Part shown: piece after piece, positions 23,962 through 35,869 of the stretch
Numbering within the stretch: the stretch's first letter is position 1
How the letters are laid out: the number at the start of each line of letters is the position of its first letter
Assembly: GCA_964658305.1 (NCBI GenBank)
Contig: OZ210885.1
Location: 12,958,001-13,022,000, forward strand
Direction: 5' to 3'
DNA from: Leptogorgia sarmentosa
Lineage: Eukaryota
DNA: 64,000 bases
Position numbers and translations under genes: made by a program
Notes under the pieces: model-generated
The model's database searches: none
Told to the model about the DNA's origin: nothing
What the model saw: only the letters and a program-made list of their open reading frames with translations

Positions 23962-25540
23962 TAATAATAATAATAATAATAATAATAATAGTCTTTATTA
24001 AAAACTCTGAAACACCCGTCCGAGTTCACATGGAAATTGTTAGTTCGCTCTAATTTACAAATATTCTAGAAGTTAAGAAGTTAAATATTTTATGTAGCTA
24101 AATATGTACAATATAAAATCATATAAAATTGAATAAGCAGCGATTTATAAAAGAATTCTTGAAACGTTCTGTCCGTATTCGTGGTAATTCATACTTATGT
24201 CCCCTGGGTCTAAGAGGTCTAGCTAGATCATTAGGCAATAGTTCATGCAACGGATTGTTCACATTTGATGTTACTTGCACCCATAACTTTTTATCTCGGG
24301 AGTGCATTATGTCTTTCAAAGAGTGATCTTTTGTAGTATAGCCATATTTGCGCGCTCTATTTATAAATTTGTCGATTTGTCTCAAGTATTTATCATAATA
24401 GGCACATCCCCATAATTCTATTCCGTATGTTAGTATTGGCATGATAAGGCTGTTGAACAACAAATCCAACTGTTCAGGTGTCATTCCATAGTATTTGCAT
24501 GTACGCATTATGTGCATTCTGCTGCTTGCCTTACTAATCAGTTGTTCTAAGTGCATATCCCAGTTTGTTGGATTTTCTTGCAGTATTGTACCAAGAATTT
24601 TAAGCCAGGTTTTTCTTTCAATCATTGGTATTGGATTTGGTAAACTCGCATTGCTCTTACACATCACCATTTCCCAAGTTTTGCCCATGTTTAGTGGCAT
24701 ACGATTTCTTTCCGACCACTCAATTATGTTTTCCACTTCGATTGTAGAAGTGTCGCCCTCATTTGTGCCAGGAACTCCTAAGGTCATATCATCCGCAAAT
24801 TTAATTAATCCGTTTCTTTGGTGAATTACTTTGATGTCGTTTACCATAATCAAAAATAGAATTGGACCCAAAACTGTTCCTTGCGGTACTCCGCGATTAA
24901 TGGGTAGATAGTTTGTAATGATGCCATCCACTACAACTCTTTGTTGCCTGTTTGTCAGAAAATCGATAATCCAGTTGACAATGTGTGGGTTTATGGCCAA
25001 ACTTTTCAATTTTGTACACAGGATGTCATGCGGAACATTATCAAAGGCTTTGCTGAAGTCAAAAGAGAAAATTCGTACATAACTAGCATCATTATCCAAC
25101 CATTTCAACCAGGAGTGATGACCTTTGATGAGAGCCATGGTGGAGTTATGCGCTTTCTTATAAGCGAATTGATCTTGCCCAATTAAATCAGTTACATGAT
25201 TTTTACAAATAATCGCATTATAATAGCAGTAAGTGAGATTGGCCTCAATTGATTGCAATTTTCAAGCTGGGTTTCTTTTGGCAATGGTAACAAATTTGCT
25301 TGTTTCCAAATGTTTGGAACTATGCGTGTTGCTAAGGAACGATTAAAAATTTTTGTGACAACAGGTGCAAGGTCAAATGAGAAATTTTTCCAAAAACCAG
25401 TAAGGTATGTCATCAGGGCCTGTAGCAGTTTTCTTTTGTTTCTTCAAAAACCACTGGACCATATAAATAGATAAAAAAGGAACTCTTGTGCCTTCTCTTG
25501 AACGTATGATTGAAACTTTAACACTTTCTATCATATCAGC
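23962..25540 (-). mobile_element. 5'-truncated CR1/L2-type LINE: RT domain, 3' UTR and (TTA)n tail
   Basis: ATGPDDIP, WKQANLLPLPK, LRPISLT, DFSKAFD, GVPQGTVLGP, KFADD, RTERFKNSF. AATAAA then ~9 TTA repeats at the 3' end (23962-23990). Frameshifts near 25200-25260 and 25380. Confidence 0.92.
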
Positions 25541-25547
25541 AACTTTC

Positions 25548-25740
25548 CAATAAAGAATACCGAATGGTTTTCCGTGCAGGATTGAGTCATCCATGCACGT
25601 GGGATGTGGCGACTTTCGGAAAGCGTAAAAAATCACGAGCCGCAGGCGAGTCACTTTCCGAAACTCAAGCCACATCCCAAGTGTATGGATAACGCTATCC
25701 TGCACGGAAAAATCATTTGGTAATTGTTTTATAAAATAAC
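25548..25740 (+). mobile_element. Hairpin end of a hairpin-type element abutting the LINE 5' end
   Basis: ~185 bp imperfect palindrome with apex GCCGCAGGC (25639-25647), followed by TTGTTTTATAAAA. The CCAATCA end was not found. Confidence 0.55.
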
Positions 25741-27472
25741 TACAGTGAAACAAGGGAAAACGTCAATTTCTTTTCCATAAATACGAAAACCCTTGTTTGT
25801 TGTTTTCGATAGCAATTTGTGTTACTGTCAAATTTTCGTATTTATTTATTGCCAACATTTCAAAAATCCCGTGACTCGTGAGCGTTATGCTCGTGAATGA
25901 AGAGCCCCTTAGTCTGCAAACAAACTTATAAGGATCGATGGTCTAATGTTGTATCTGTAAAACACTGCTGAAATGAAATGATTTTAGAAAATATGACTAA
26001 GACATAATGACGTCTGAAGTTCAGTAAGGTTTGCTGATAATGGTGTAAATGTGACGACCATTGCAAACATCATTGGTAATTTTACTTTTATTGACAAATA
26101 TTCTATAATAATTCGATATTGTAAACCAGCAAATACAACTAAAAATCTACACTAAAGTTGAAACAAAACCATTTTCAAATATACAGTTGCCTCTTATATT
26201 AATTAGGCGAATTGCTAAACATTTCCACATATGTTCACTGTTTAACTTATTCAGTGATACTATTTTAACTATCTTATACGTTTACTATACCGTCATTGAG
26301 AATTAAGAGAAAATTCTTAGCGTGACGTTTTCTCGATAATTATTTACAGCATGGACTGAATAAGAATGTTTGTAGTAAGACAGGTGAATTCAAAACACGC
26401 AGAGTGCCACTAAAAATTTTCCCTTCCATCCCATTCCCCCTCCTGGGCAGGTACAGTACGTGACGTCCACTAATAAGTTAATCACGTGTGCTAAATCACG
26501 TGTGTGTCCTGGGGGGATCCCCCCATTCCTGGCTTGAAGGGACGACTATATGACTGTGTTACATCACGTACTTGTCCCACACTGTTTACGGTTTCCCGTT
26601 TTCTTTTACTTGTGACAATAATCATTATAAATGTCCTACAGCAATATAATACTTAATGGTAGCAAATTTTCACTCGTACACCTGAATGACGTTACCAAAG
26701 AGGTAGAATTAAGACTGTAATTGGAATTGGAAAGTTTGTGTAGTATTAGAGTGTGCGGTATTTGTATAAGCGTTGTGTCGAAGACTCGAAGTCCTGCATG
26801 TGTGATTGTGTCGTGTGCACTAATCTGCAGGATTTTAACAAATTAAATGTACAGCCAGGGGTCATCGCAAACTGTTGTCAAATCTCTATTATGTCCACGA
26901 AAGTAGGCATAAAATGGAACTTATTGCGACTTTTCATTTGTTTTTTAATTGTTTTTCTATTTCGGGACAAATATGGCGCCCATTATGCAACTTTGGCGCC
27001 CCATAAAAAAGTTCACTGGGGGGGGGGGGGCATGGACCCCCGCCCCCCCCCCCTGCCAGCACGCCACTGCTTACAACTAATCTGAAGACGTGCCTACATC
27101 CCTATTCGAGTACTTGTATGGAATACTTGAATACTCTCTACTGGAGTAAGAAGGATGTAGGAATGTTTTCAACACTAGGAACACCAAAAGCCGTCATCGC
27201 CCCCAATCTTTGGAATGCATTGTCGCCATTATTACTTAAATTCCACTATTGCTTAATAATTTCACTGGAACATTGGAGCATTTTTCAATATATATACTTC
27301 TGAGATTCCCGAAATACCTGGAATGGTGTTTATTTTGGTAAAAAAATAGTGATAATCGAATATTAGTATAGAATCTTACTCACTACAAGAGATAATGATA
27401 TTGCTACTCCACATATCCATATTTCCACGTTTAATATTCATTTCAGACAATGTTGCAATTTCTCTGAAGTCT

Positions 27473-29424
27473 TCAACCTTTTGGTTGGAGTTCTTTTGAA
27501 TGCGAGGATAACTTATTAAGACGAAGGAAGCAGACCCGACCTCCTTTCAGGCCAACACAAACCATTCCATTTGAGCCACATGCTATGGCTAAAACATCCC
27601 GGTCGAAATGAAACTCTTCAACACACTCTCCATTTGGTAGGTTCCACAGTTTCAGCGTCTTGTCTTCATCCGAGCATGACAAAAGTAATTCTCCCTCAGG
27701 CGCTAATGCCAACGCTATGATACGTTCGGCATTTTGAATTGGAAATCTGCCGAGAACCTTTCCAGTTCTGAAGTTCTCAATCACCAAAGAACCATGACCT
27801 AAAAATGTGATTTAAAATTTTAAATCTGTTAAGGCAATATGTTACGCCAGGCAATTTTGGTTTGATAGCCATGTTTTATATTTATAGTGGCTGTTACGTG
27901 GCGCTTTTATGATCTCATAGAAATTAGTAATAGTTGCGGGCGTAAATTTAAGAATGCGCCGGTAGTTTTGACACATCAACTTTCCCGCAAGTGTCAAAAC
28001 TTCCCGCGCATCTCAGAATTTGCGCCCGCAAACATTAGTATAATTTCTATTAAAACAATAAAGCGCGTCTGGAGAAAGTAGGGTCTAGAGGTCACGTTAT
28101 TTAAGTTGCTGTCTCAGAAATTGTTCACGTGGACCGCTAGTACACATTAGTATACAGGGACTTATCTGTACAAATTTTCAGCAAGTCTTATCTAAAAAAC
28201 ATAGCTTTAAATCAGACGTTTCATAACATGCAGCTAAAACTGCCTGATCCAAGGGTCAATTAGTCAGGGAATATTGCTGACCCATATAGCCGATATGAAA
28301 ACATGCCTATCTATCAGGCGATTTCAACACACGAAGAATTTAAGGACTGCGACTAGATGTCGCGTAGCATACCATTTTTCGATTGAAACGAATGAATTTC
28401 TGCCATTATATACTTTATTTTGATTCCATATTTTTGTGAGAGCTATAGTTCTCATAACCAAACATAATGACAAAATTTCAACTAGTTTCATACAGAACAA
28501 CGGAAGATATAATCGAGTGAATATAGCGAAATGGATTTCTATTCGGACAACTTTTTCTGAGTGCTGACTGGCTAAGACACGAACCACTGAGCTAGAGAAA
28601 GACTGCAGAGAGTGCTCGTATTAATTTTCTCATAAAGGAGTGAGGCTTAATTGCAGCATTCTATCGCATAATCCAGTGTTTCTCAGATCATTGGGTGGTC
28701 TATCCACGATAGGCCTTCCAACTTGCCTTGGGTTTTTATTTTCCCGGGTGAAAATTGCCGGGCGGAGTTAGTACCCTCGCCAGGCCTTACGCACGTACGC
28801 TCGGGGAAAATACATACAGACTAAGCTGTGGGTAATGCTCAAAGTTTCCGTGCGAATACTTGTTAGATAACATAGTTGCAAGTCAAACGGGTAATGCACG
28901 TGGTGTTACGTGAGGTTAAGCCTACTGGAATGTGGTATATTCGCAGGGGAGGTTTCGCATTCGGAGGTTCAAAATGCAGCATATTCGCATGTTATTTCCA
29001 TTGCTGGGATAATTTCTTGTTGGTTTGAAAAGTCTCGTGTCAAGGCATTTGTGCAGTGGACGGGGAAACAAGGGCGTGGACGGAATGTCGGAGAGTAAGG
29101 CTGTGCTGATACTAGAAGAATTGCGCAACCACACGTTGTTGCAATTGAGATTAAAAAATGAAATAAATTACCTAAAATAGCCACATGGCTGCCAGAATTG
29201 TTCACCCTTAAAACTCTTCTGGTAAGAGAATTAGAACGCTCGTTGTCCCACTCTTTGTTCAGTTTCCACTTTGTGAACGATATTCGCTCTTCAGCCCCAT
29301 TAGCAACTCCATAATTGTAAGAACTAACACCAAAGAGGAAGTTCTGGACCACGCGAATTGTTTCAATTCTACGCACATCTGATTCGTAACGATGCACAAT
29401 TCCTTTGGCATTTATCTGCTCAAC
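27473..29424 (-). CDS. Last two exons of a WD40-repeat protein gene
   Basis: Exon 29424-29172 (AG...G|GTAATT) and exon 27798-27473 (TTTTAG|GT) join in phase 1 (G+GT=Gly) with no stops. The final exon encodes IIALALAPEGELLLSCSDEDKTLKLWNL and VLAIACGSNGMVCVGLKGGRVCFLRL, which are WD blades typical of the C-terminus of large NACHT/WD-type proteins. Confidence 0.75.
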
Positions 29425-31231
29425 CTGTCAAAATAATAATTTACTGCTTAATACAACATTGGTTATTTTCTCAGCAAAATAAGATGAACGACTTCCGATT
29501 ACGAGTGGTATTTCTGATCAACAAACATATATGCAATTAATACTGCGTTGTTTTGGTTGTTTTTAAAATCAACGCCGGCTCGGAACGGTGTAATTAATAA
29601 AAATAGTTAGTACACGCCTGTGTAATTAATGTTTAATTCGTACAGTTCTTGAAAGTTTCGACAATCAACGGAATTGACCACAATGATATCAAAATAAGAT
29701 ATAACTGTATTCACAATATTGATATGTATTATCCTCTTTTCAAATTGTTTATTACGCACCGGGTTAACTTGTTACACATGCAATTAGAGGGATACAGTTG
29801 CATTGGTGTTTACTTCAGTTTAATTATAAATATGATGCGTTGAATTATATAATTCGCTTCATAATTTACGTCTTGGTATATCTATTTTCCCGGGAAATTG
29901 CTGTAACATGTTAGATTTTATATTAACTTTGGTGTCTACTGTACGAATTTTCCTCCTTCTATATTCAGATAATTTTTTTGTCATACCCTTTCCTTTTTTT
30001 ATGACCCAAATATAAATATTTTTGTTTATATTCAGTGATATCTTGTTATTTTTCGCTTACAGTACTTTGTTTTTAAACTTAGTTCGGGAAGGCATGCGCG
30101 CCGTTTTTCCTGCTTGTGGATCAAACTTTACGTTATACAAGATTTATTTTCTTTTTGTAAGAATTATTTCTTTGTCAAACTTGCAGATGGTTGAAATTTT
30201 TGTAGGTGTAAAGCAGTTTATAATATTCCAGTAATTTGACTATATGAGTGCTTGGTGGCTTTTATAGTGCTACATTTATTGGATGAAATTGATTCCAAAC
30301 ACACAGGTCATGCATAAGGCGTTGTTTCTATAATGTAATGTTATGTTAATTCTAAGTAACATATCAATTTTTATTGAACTTGTGACAAAGGTGTGAGTTT
30401 TAGAATGCTGTCCGCACAGAAATCCATTTTGCTAAATTCACTCAATTATATCTTTTGTTATTCTGTATTAAACTATTAGTTAAAATTTTGTAATTATGTT
30501 TGGTTATGAGAACTTTAGCCCTGAGAAAAATATGGAAATGAAATAAATTACATTATGCGAGATTTCAATTGAAAAATGGATTTGAATTTGACAACTAGTC
30601 TCAGTCCTTTTCCCTGTATTGAGATCATCTTGATGTTGAATTAATATACTTATGAATATAAACTCAACATAGAAATCTCAGTCAGACTTGTATGGATGGG
30701 AAAGGTATATTGCTTCAACTGGGAAATTTGAAATGAATATCAGCTTGAGGCATGCGACATTTTGCATACTGTACTGCACTGAGCACTATTTACGTTCTTT
30801 ACTTTTTTACGCTCAAAGCGATGCAAGCCTAACCCTAACACAAAAGATTGCGATTAATACAAAAATATGATAAAGTAATAAAACTACATGACCATATGAA
30901 ACCATGATACAGAAAATCAAGATATTTTGAAACTTTATTCAATGATTTTTAACCGAAAATACATTTCATAATTCATACTGATACCAAAAGGCACACAGTA
31001 TAAGAGTGAGGTATTTTCCATTTCTTAAGATCCTTTCCCGGAAATAAATTTGAGATTTTAAAATGCCGACGTTTGTGTAAGAGCTGCGAACCAATCTTCA
31101 TGGTAGTTTAATAAAAAAAGAACATGCTTCTGACGAAAAAATGAAAATACTCGCAGAAAATAGTAAAATGATGCACAGGTTATCTTTAAATTTCGATGAT
31201 GTAATTAGCACAAATTTTTAATTTTCAAATA

Positions 31232-31797
31232 ATTATCAATTATTGGACGAGGTCGAGCAAAATATCGCGATTTGTCGGTGGCGAGCAGATCAATTATTTG
31301 CCGATGCCGAAGGCAGAGGCAAATAATTGATCTGCGAGCCACCGACAAAATCGCGATATTTTGCGAGATCTCGTCCAATAATTGTTTTATTATTCATTTA
31401 CAAAGCATACTTAGCTACAAGGTAGACGTATACAACGAGCTTTACATACAAATTTTATTTCATAAAAAAATAATACTGGTTTACAGAAAAAACCTTCTTC
31501 TTTTAAATTTTTCTTTCTTTTAAATATTGCCGGAAGACACTGACGGCCGTTTTGGCGGCTTTTTTTGTATCATCTGAAGTTTTTTCCTCTAGTAAACAAG
31601 ACGAGCTGTCTTGTGATAGTTCAGGAAAACGAGCCGCCATTGTTTACAAAAAAGTGACGCAATGCGCATGCTCAGACTATTATTTGCAGGTGAGCAACCA
31701 TCTTAACAAATGCGCATGCTCAGACTATTATTTGCACGCAGTTATTTGCAGGTAAATTGACCAATCAAAATTGAGAATACTATAAAGTGAATAATAA
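31232..31797 (+). mobile_element. Hairpin/CCAATCA-type element (complete)
   Basis: ~150 bp palindrome CAATTATTGGACGAG...CTCGTCCAATAATTG with apex GCCGAAGGC (31306-31314), followed by TTTTATTAT. Internal direct repeat TGCGCATGCTCAGACTATTATTTGCA x2. Ends GACCAATCAAAA...GAATAATAA. Confidence 0.7.
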
Positions 31798-31924
31798 TCA
31801 GTTTTACTGACTGGGGGTTATTAAAATTTGCGACTGAATAATAAAGAGTCGTAAAATATTGTTTTCGCCAGTCGAATATCAAATTCATGTATTGCATCGC
31901 TGTGTAATATCTAGTATACGTATA

Positions 31925-33525
31925 CAGTGCGACCCACGGTATTAGTTTGGTACGATATTAGTGCATTGTAGATTACATGTTTGGAGGATTAAACATAATA
32001 CGGGTGAATTTTGTTTGGTTCATCGTAGAAACAATATTGCAATGATTACATTTCATACTAGTCACGTGACAGCAAAATCCAGGTGTTCCTCCATAAAAGA
32101 GGTGGTCCACGCTATTAGTTTCATAAATTGCCGAGCAATAGGAGAAGTAGAAAAGACCTAACCTGAGCTAGGAAAGCCATTACTATAAAAGAGATAGCAA
32201 TAGGCAACACAGCAAAAGCAATTTTTGAAAGATATTAATCGTCATGTTGTGACAGTGACAAGATTTTTGCAAAATCCATGTTTCAATAGTAAACTTCATG
32301 GTAATCGCGCCGAATAAAACCAGTGTCAAAGCGGGATAGGAGCTGGATAACCAGTAAGTTGCGTAAAATGCCTCCAACAGCAAGTGGAAAATTTTCCAAG
32401 ATAGTTGGTCCGCTCGATGTTCCAAAAACCACTCGCAATCGTGGACCTGCGAAGACAGGTTCCATGGAGTAAATGAAGAATTGTTGACCTTTCACTGCTA
32501 GACACGATCATTTGAGGATGGAATGGGCGAGAAAATACATGAGGACGAACACAATGTTTGTTCTTTTCACTGACGAATCAAGGCCGACACTGGATGGTCC
32601 AGATGGCTGGAGTAAAGGATGTAATGAAGAATGCCCTAAGGGGATGAGACACCAACATGGTGTTGGAGGATTATGAACAGGAGTGGAAGCATCACAGATG
32701 CACGCATTGGTCCCTTCCGTGTGCCTGAAGGTCAGAAGTTGTCTTCTGCTACGTATTGCCCTTACCTGAAGAAATCCCTTGAGTCACGGTTGGATAAACT
32801 TCCTTTAGCAACATTGAAGAAGATTACCTTAACGCATGTCATATGCAGCAAAGGCAACAACGGAATCCCTTCAGTCGTTTGGTTTTGTGAACAAAATCGT
32901 AATGGTTTGGCAACTAAACTCGCCAAATTTGAACCCAATTGAGAACTTGTGGTGGGTAATAAAGCGTCATGTTTATATCATCTAGATGGAACCCATCTTG
33001 GCAGGTCCACGATTGCGAGTGGTTTTTGCAACATCGACCAGACCAGCTTTCTTGGAAAATTTGCCACTTGCTGCTGGAGGCATTTTACGCAACTTACTCG
33101 TTGCTCAACTCGTATCCTGCTTTGAAATTGACTTTAATAGCTACGATCAGCATGAAATTTCCACTTGAAGAATGGATTTTGCAAAAATCTTGTCATTGTC
33201 ACAACATGGCCATCAAATCTTTCAAAAATTGCTTTTGTAGTGTTGGTTATTGCTATTTCTTTCATAATAATGGCTTTCTTGGCTCAGGTTAGGTCTTTTC
33301 TACTTCTCATATTGCTCGGCAATTCATGAAACTAATAGCGTGGACCACCTTTTTAATGGAGGAACACCTGGATTTTGTTGTCACGTGACTAATATGAAAT
33401 GTAATCATTGCAATATTGTTTCTACCGTGAACCAAACAAAATTCACCTTTATTATGTTTAATTTTCCTCATATGTAATGTACAATGTACTAATGTCATAC
33501 CAAACTAATACCGTGGGTCGCACTG
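31925..33525 (+). mobile_element. Tc1-like element with ~540 bp TIRs and deleted transposase
   Basis: TA-CAGTGCGACCCACGGTATTAGTTTGG ... CCAAACTAATACCGTGGGTCGCACTG-TA. TIRs ~31925-32467 and ~32986-33525. The core retains VLFTDESR..LDGPDGW and SPNLNPIENLW. Confidence 0.9.
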
Positions 33526-34002
33526 TAGAGTATGATACATCTAGAACGCAGACAACGGACTGCACGTATTAAATATTTTACCTATGTGGCTGCCTCTGTT
33601 CCTGTCTTTGACAGGGTGTATAAAGGAAAAGATTACAACTCAAATATTTTCTAAACGAACACGCAAAATGTGCAAAAACTTTCAGTTAGCCTACGGTGTA
33701 ACATAGGCCCGCTAGGAGACTGGAAGCCATAGGGGTTAAGATCCCCATTCGGCAATGTTAGGGGGGTTAATATCCCCGCTAACATTAACCTGTCCAAGGG
33801 GTTAAGATCCCCTTGGACAGTTTCTAGGAATTAATTACATTGGATAATTGAGTCTATGGCCTGAAAGTGATCATTGGGAGCACTTCAACTCCACAAATAC
33901 ACGGAAAGTGTATTCCCAACAGGCGAACCCATATTTTTTGTTTTTAGTTTTTCGTTTTGTTTTGGTTTTTTCGAATAATTTTTTTACGAACTCGTAGTTT
34001 TA

Positions 34003-34699
34003 ATCAACACGGCAGATACTCCTGATAAGGTCGACGTTGGTGTTTTGTTGTATCTTTTGTAACAGTCTGAGGATCACCGCCCTAGGGTTTGATGAGTCAT
34101 GCAGGTAGGTCTGCTTTAGCAGCCGTTGTAGCAGCACCAATCTGGTAGCTATGGCTGGCATAATTTGATGCATTCAACCCCGCCTGGCTAAGCAGCTTTC
34201 GGGTTTCAAAGGTCAGATGTTGCTTAGTAAGAGGTTTTCCAGATGCAAAAATAAAGAGCGGCCCAGTTACTGTTGGACGTAGCCGGGTGTAGTTTAGCAT
34301 GGCTTGCACTGGACAGACTTCGTAGTATGTAGCGCCTATTGTTATTGTATGACCCAGGCGGAATGGATCGGTCTTAGATTCTTTGATAAGGATCGTTATG
34401 AATTGAGGTGTTTTGCCACCACTATTCGGTGAATAAATAATACATTCTCTGGTCAGGTGTATATCTGGGTTCAACTTAGAGTTGCAAGTTAATTCTCCAA
34501 GACGGAGAAAGCAAAAAAATGCTGATGTCATAGTAGCACAAACCAACTTAGAGTCAAAGGACTGTGTGAACGGAACGCCAAGCAACATTTGAAATAGGTT
34601 AAGGTGGTTAATTGTTATGGGTAGCCGCACCCGGAGTTGTTGCCCCTGTGAGCGTTTTATCCCTCTGAGAACAAGCAGTAAGCGTAGCATTTTGTTCAA
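34003..34699 (-). pseudogene. DIRS-type tyrosine recombinase remnant
   Basis: RLPIT, FFCFLRLGEL (R), SKTDPFRLG (K), CPV, SHSYQIGAATTAA (degenerate HxxR), then frameshifted LGR*SSDCYKRY containing the catalytic Tyr region. Confidence 0.88.
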
Positions 34700-35869
34700 G
34701 TTTAGCTCAATACCACGACGAATGCGGAAGTAAAGATGGTGATCATTATGTGATGGTCATATGTAATGTATATGATCATGAATTTGCTTGTCAAAGCAGT
34801 CCCGACTAGTACTGTTGTTGCATGAATTTTGGTCATTATACTATACGGACCGTTCAGCGTTGACATATTTGTACATACCTTAAACCAGACCTTAAATCGT
34901 TGTTACTAAAACATATACCAAACTATTCGAATAGCAGGAAATAGATTCGAATTGCTGCCATATAATTATAGCAGATCCCGGACAAAGTTAGAACATTAAC
35001 CTTATGAAATCTGTTTTACTCGGCAGCTATTAAGCCAGATCTTAACCCCATTCTAGTTTTCTATTGCCGATAAACCTCAGTCCTAGCATGAAATTTAATT
35101 TCCCAAGTCAAAAACATACCGAATCTCGGCTTCAATTTTATCCATTCACGATCGTTCCAGATTTCACGTAGGTATTGGACGGGTTTTTGTGCACGGATGT
35201 CATCAGCAGATTATTAATATAAATTTGTAATATAAAAAGTTATTTGCTATACATTAAACTCCGGTCTTTGCCCTGAAATTACACGTACATGAATACATAA
35301 CTTGCAATTTAGTTACTTGTGATATCCTACATCTCAGTAAGTGCGCAATTGCAATTCAAAACGACATTGACAATTTAAAGACATGGACATGCAGAATATG
35401 TTGTATGTAAGTGGTTTTATACAAAGGTTAAACTTGGTCAAAAAGAAAGCCACATATTTCGAATAGCAATCGCAAGACGCGACAACATCAATAAATTTGA
35501 AGGAGGTCTTTAAAATATGCCATATCGTATGTCGCCCTGTTGAATTCCATTGCAATTTGATATTTGGAATGCGATATATTTATGATTGAAAGCTTATATC
35601 AAGTCTTCAACGCCCAACCTCGCGTTTCAGAAATCAGTACTTCGGAAAAACAGTCGCGCTATTTGCTAGCGGATTACAATTTTATACATGCAAGGTGACA
35701 CATATTCGGGACAGACCCAACAAGTCGCGCATTGACAAGTTTGTATCACCACGCTGGTAGCTTGAGCGCAATACATGAGCACTTTGTGTACCTATTTTTA
35801 AATAAATGAAGTGCCGTGCAGATGTACGAGACTGCCGAGAGTATATTAAACTACCTATAGGCTAACTGA

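Noticed and set aside
26975..27069. G/C-run segment ending GCACGCCACTG (G-quadruplex or hAT-like terminus)
   Set aside because: Probably a lone MITE end. No partner TIR or TSD was found.
27830..28790. Possible TTAA-flanked TIR element in the WD40 intron
   Set aside because: Only ~13 bp of the right end match the left end and there is no right TTAA. Too weak to call.
33730..33825. Three GGGGTTAAGATCCCC palindromes
   Set aside because: Real but short. Most likely a transposon subterminal fragment that cannot be assigned.
34003..34699. Tyrosine recombinase as the mobiliser of the hairpin elements, or as a phage integrase
   Set aside because: Motifs (RLPIT, SKTD, CPV, IGAAT, LGRW.S) are DIRS-type, the gene is broken, and it has no hairpin or CCAATCA ends.
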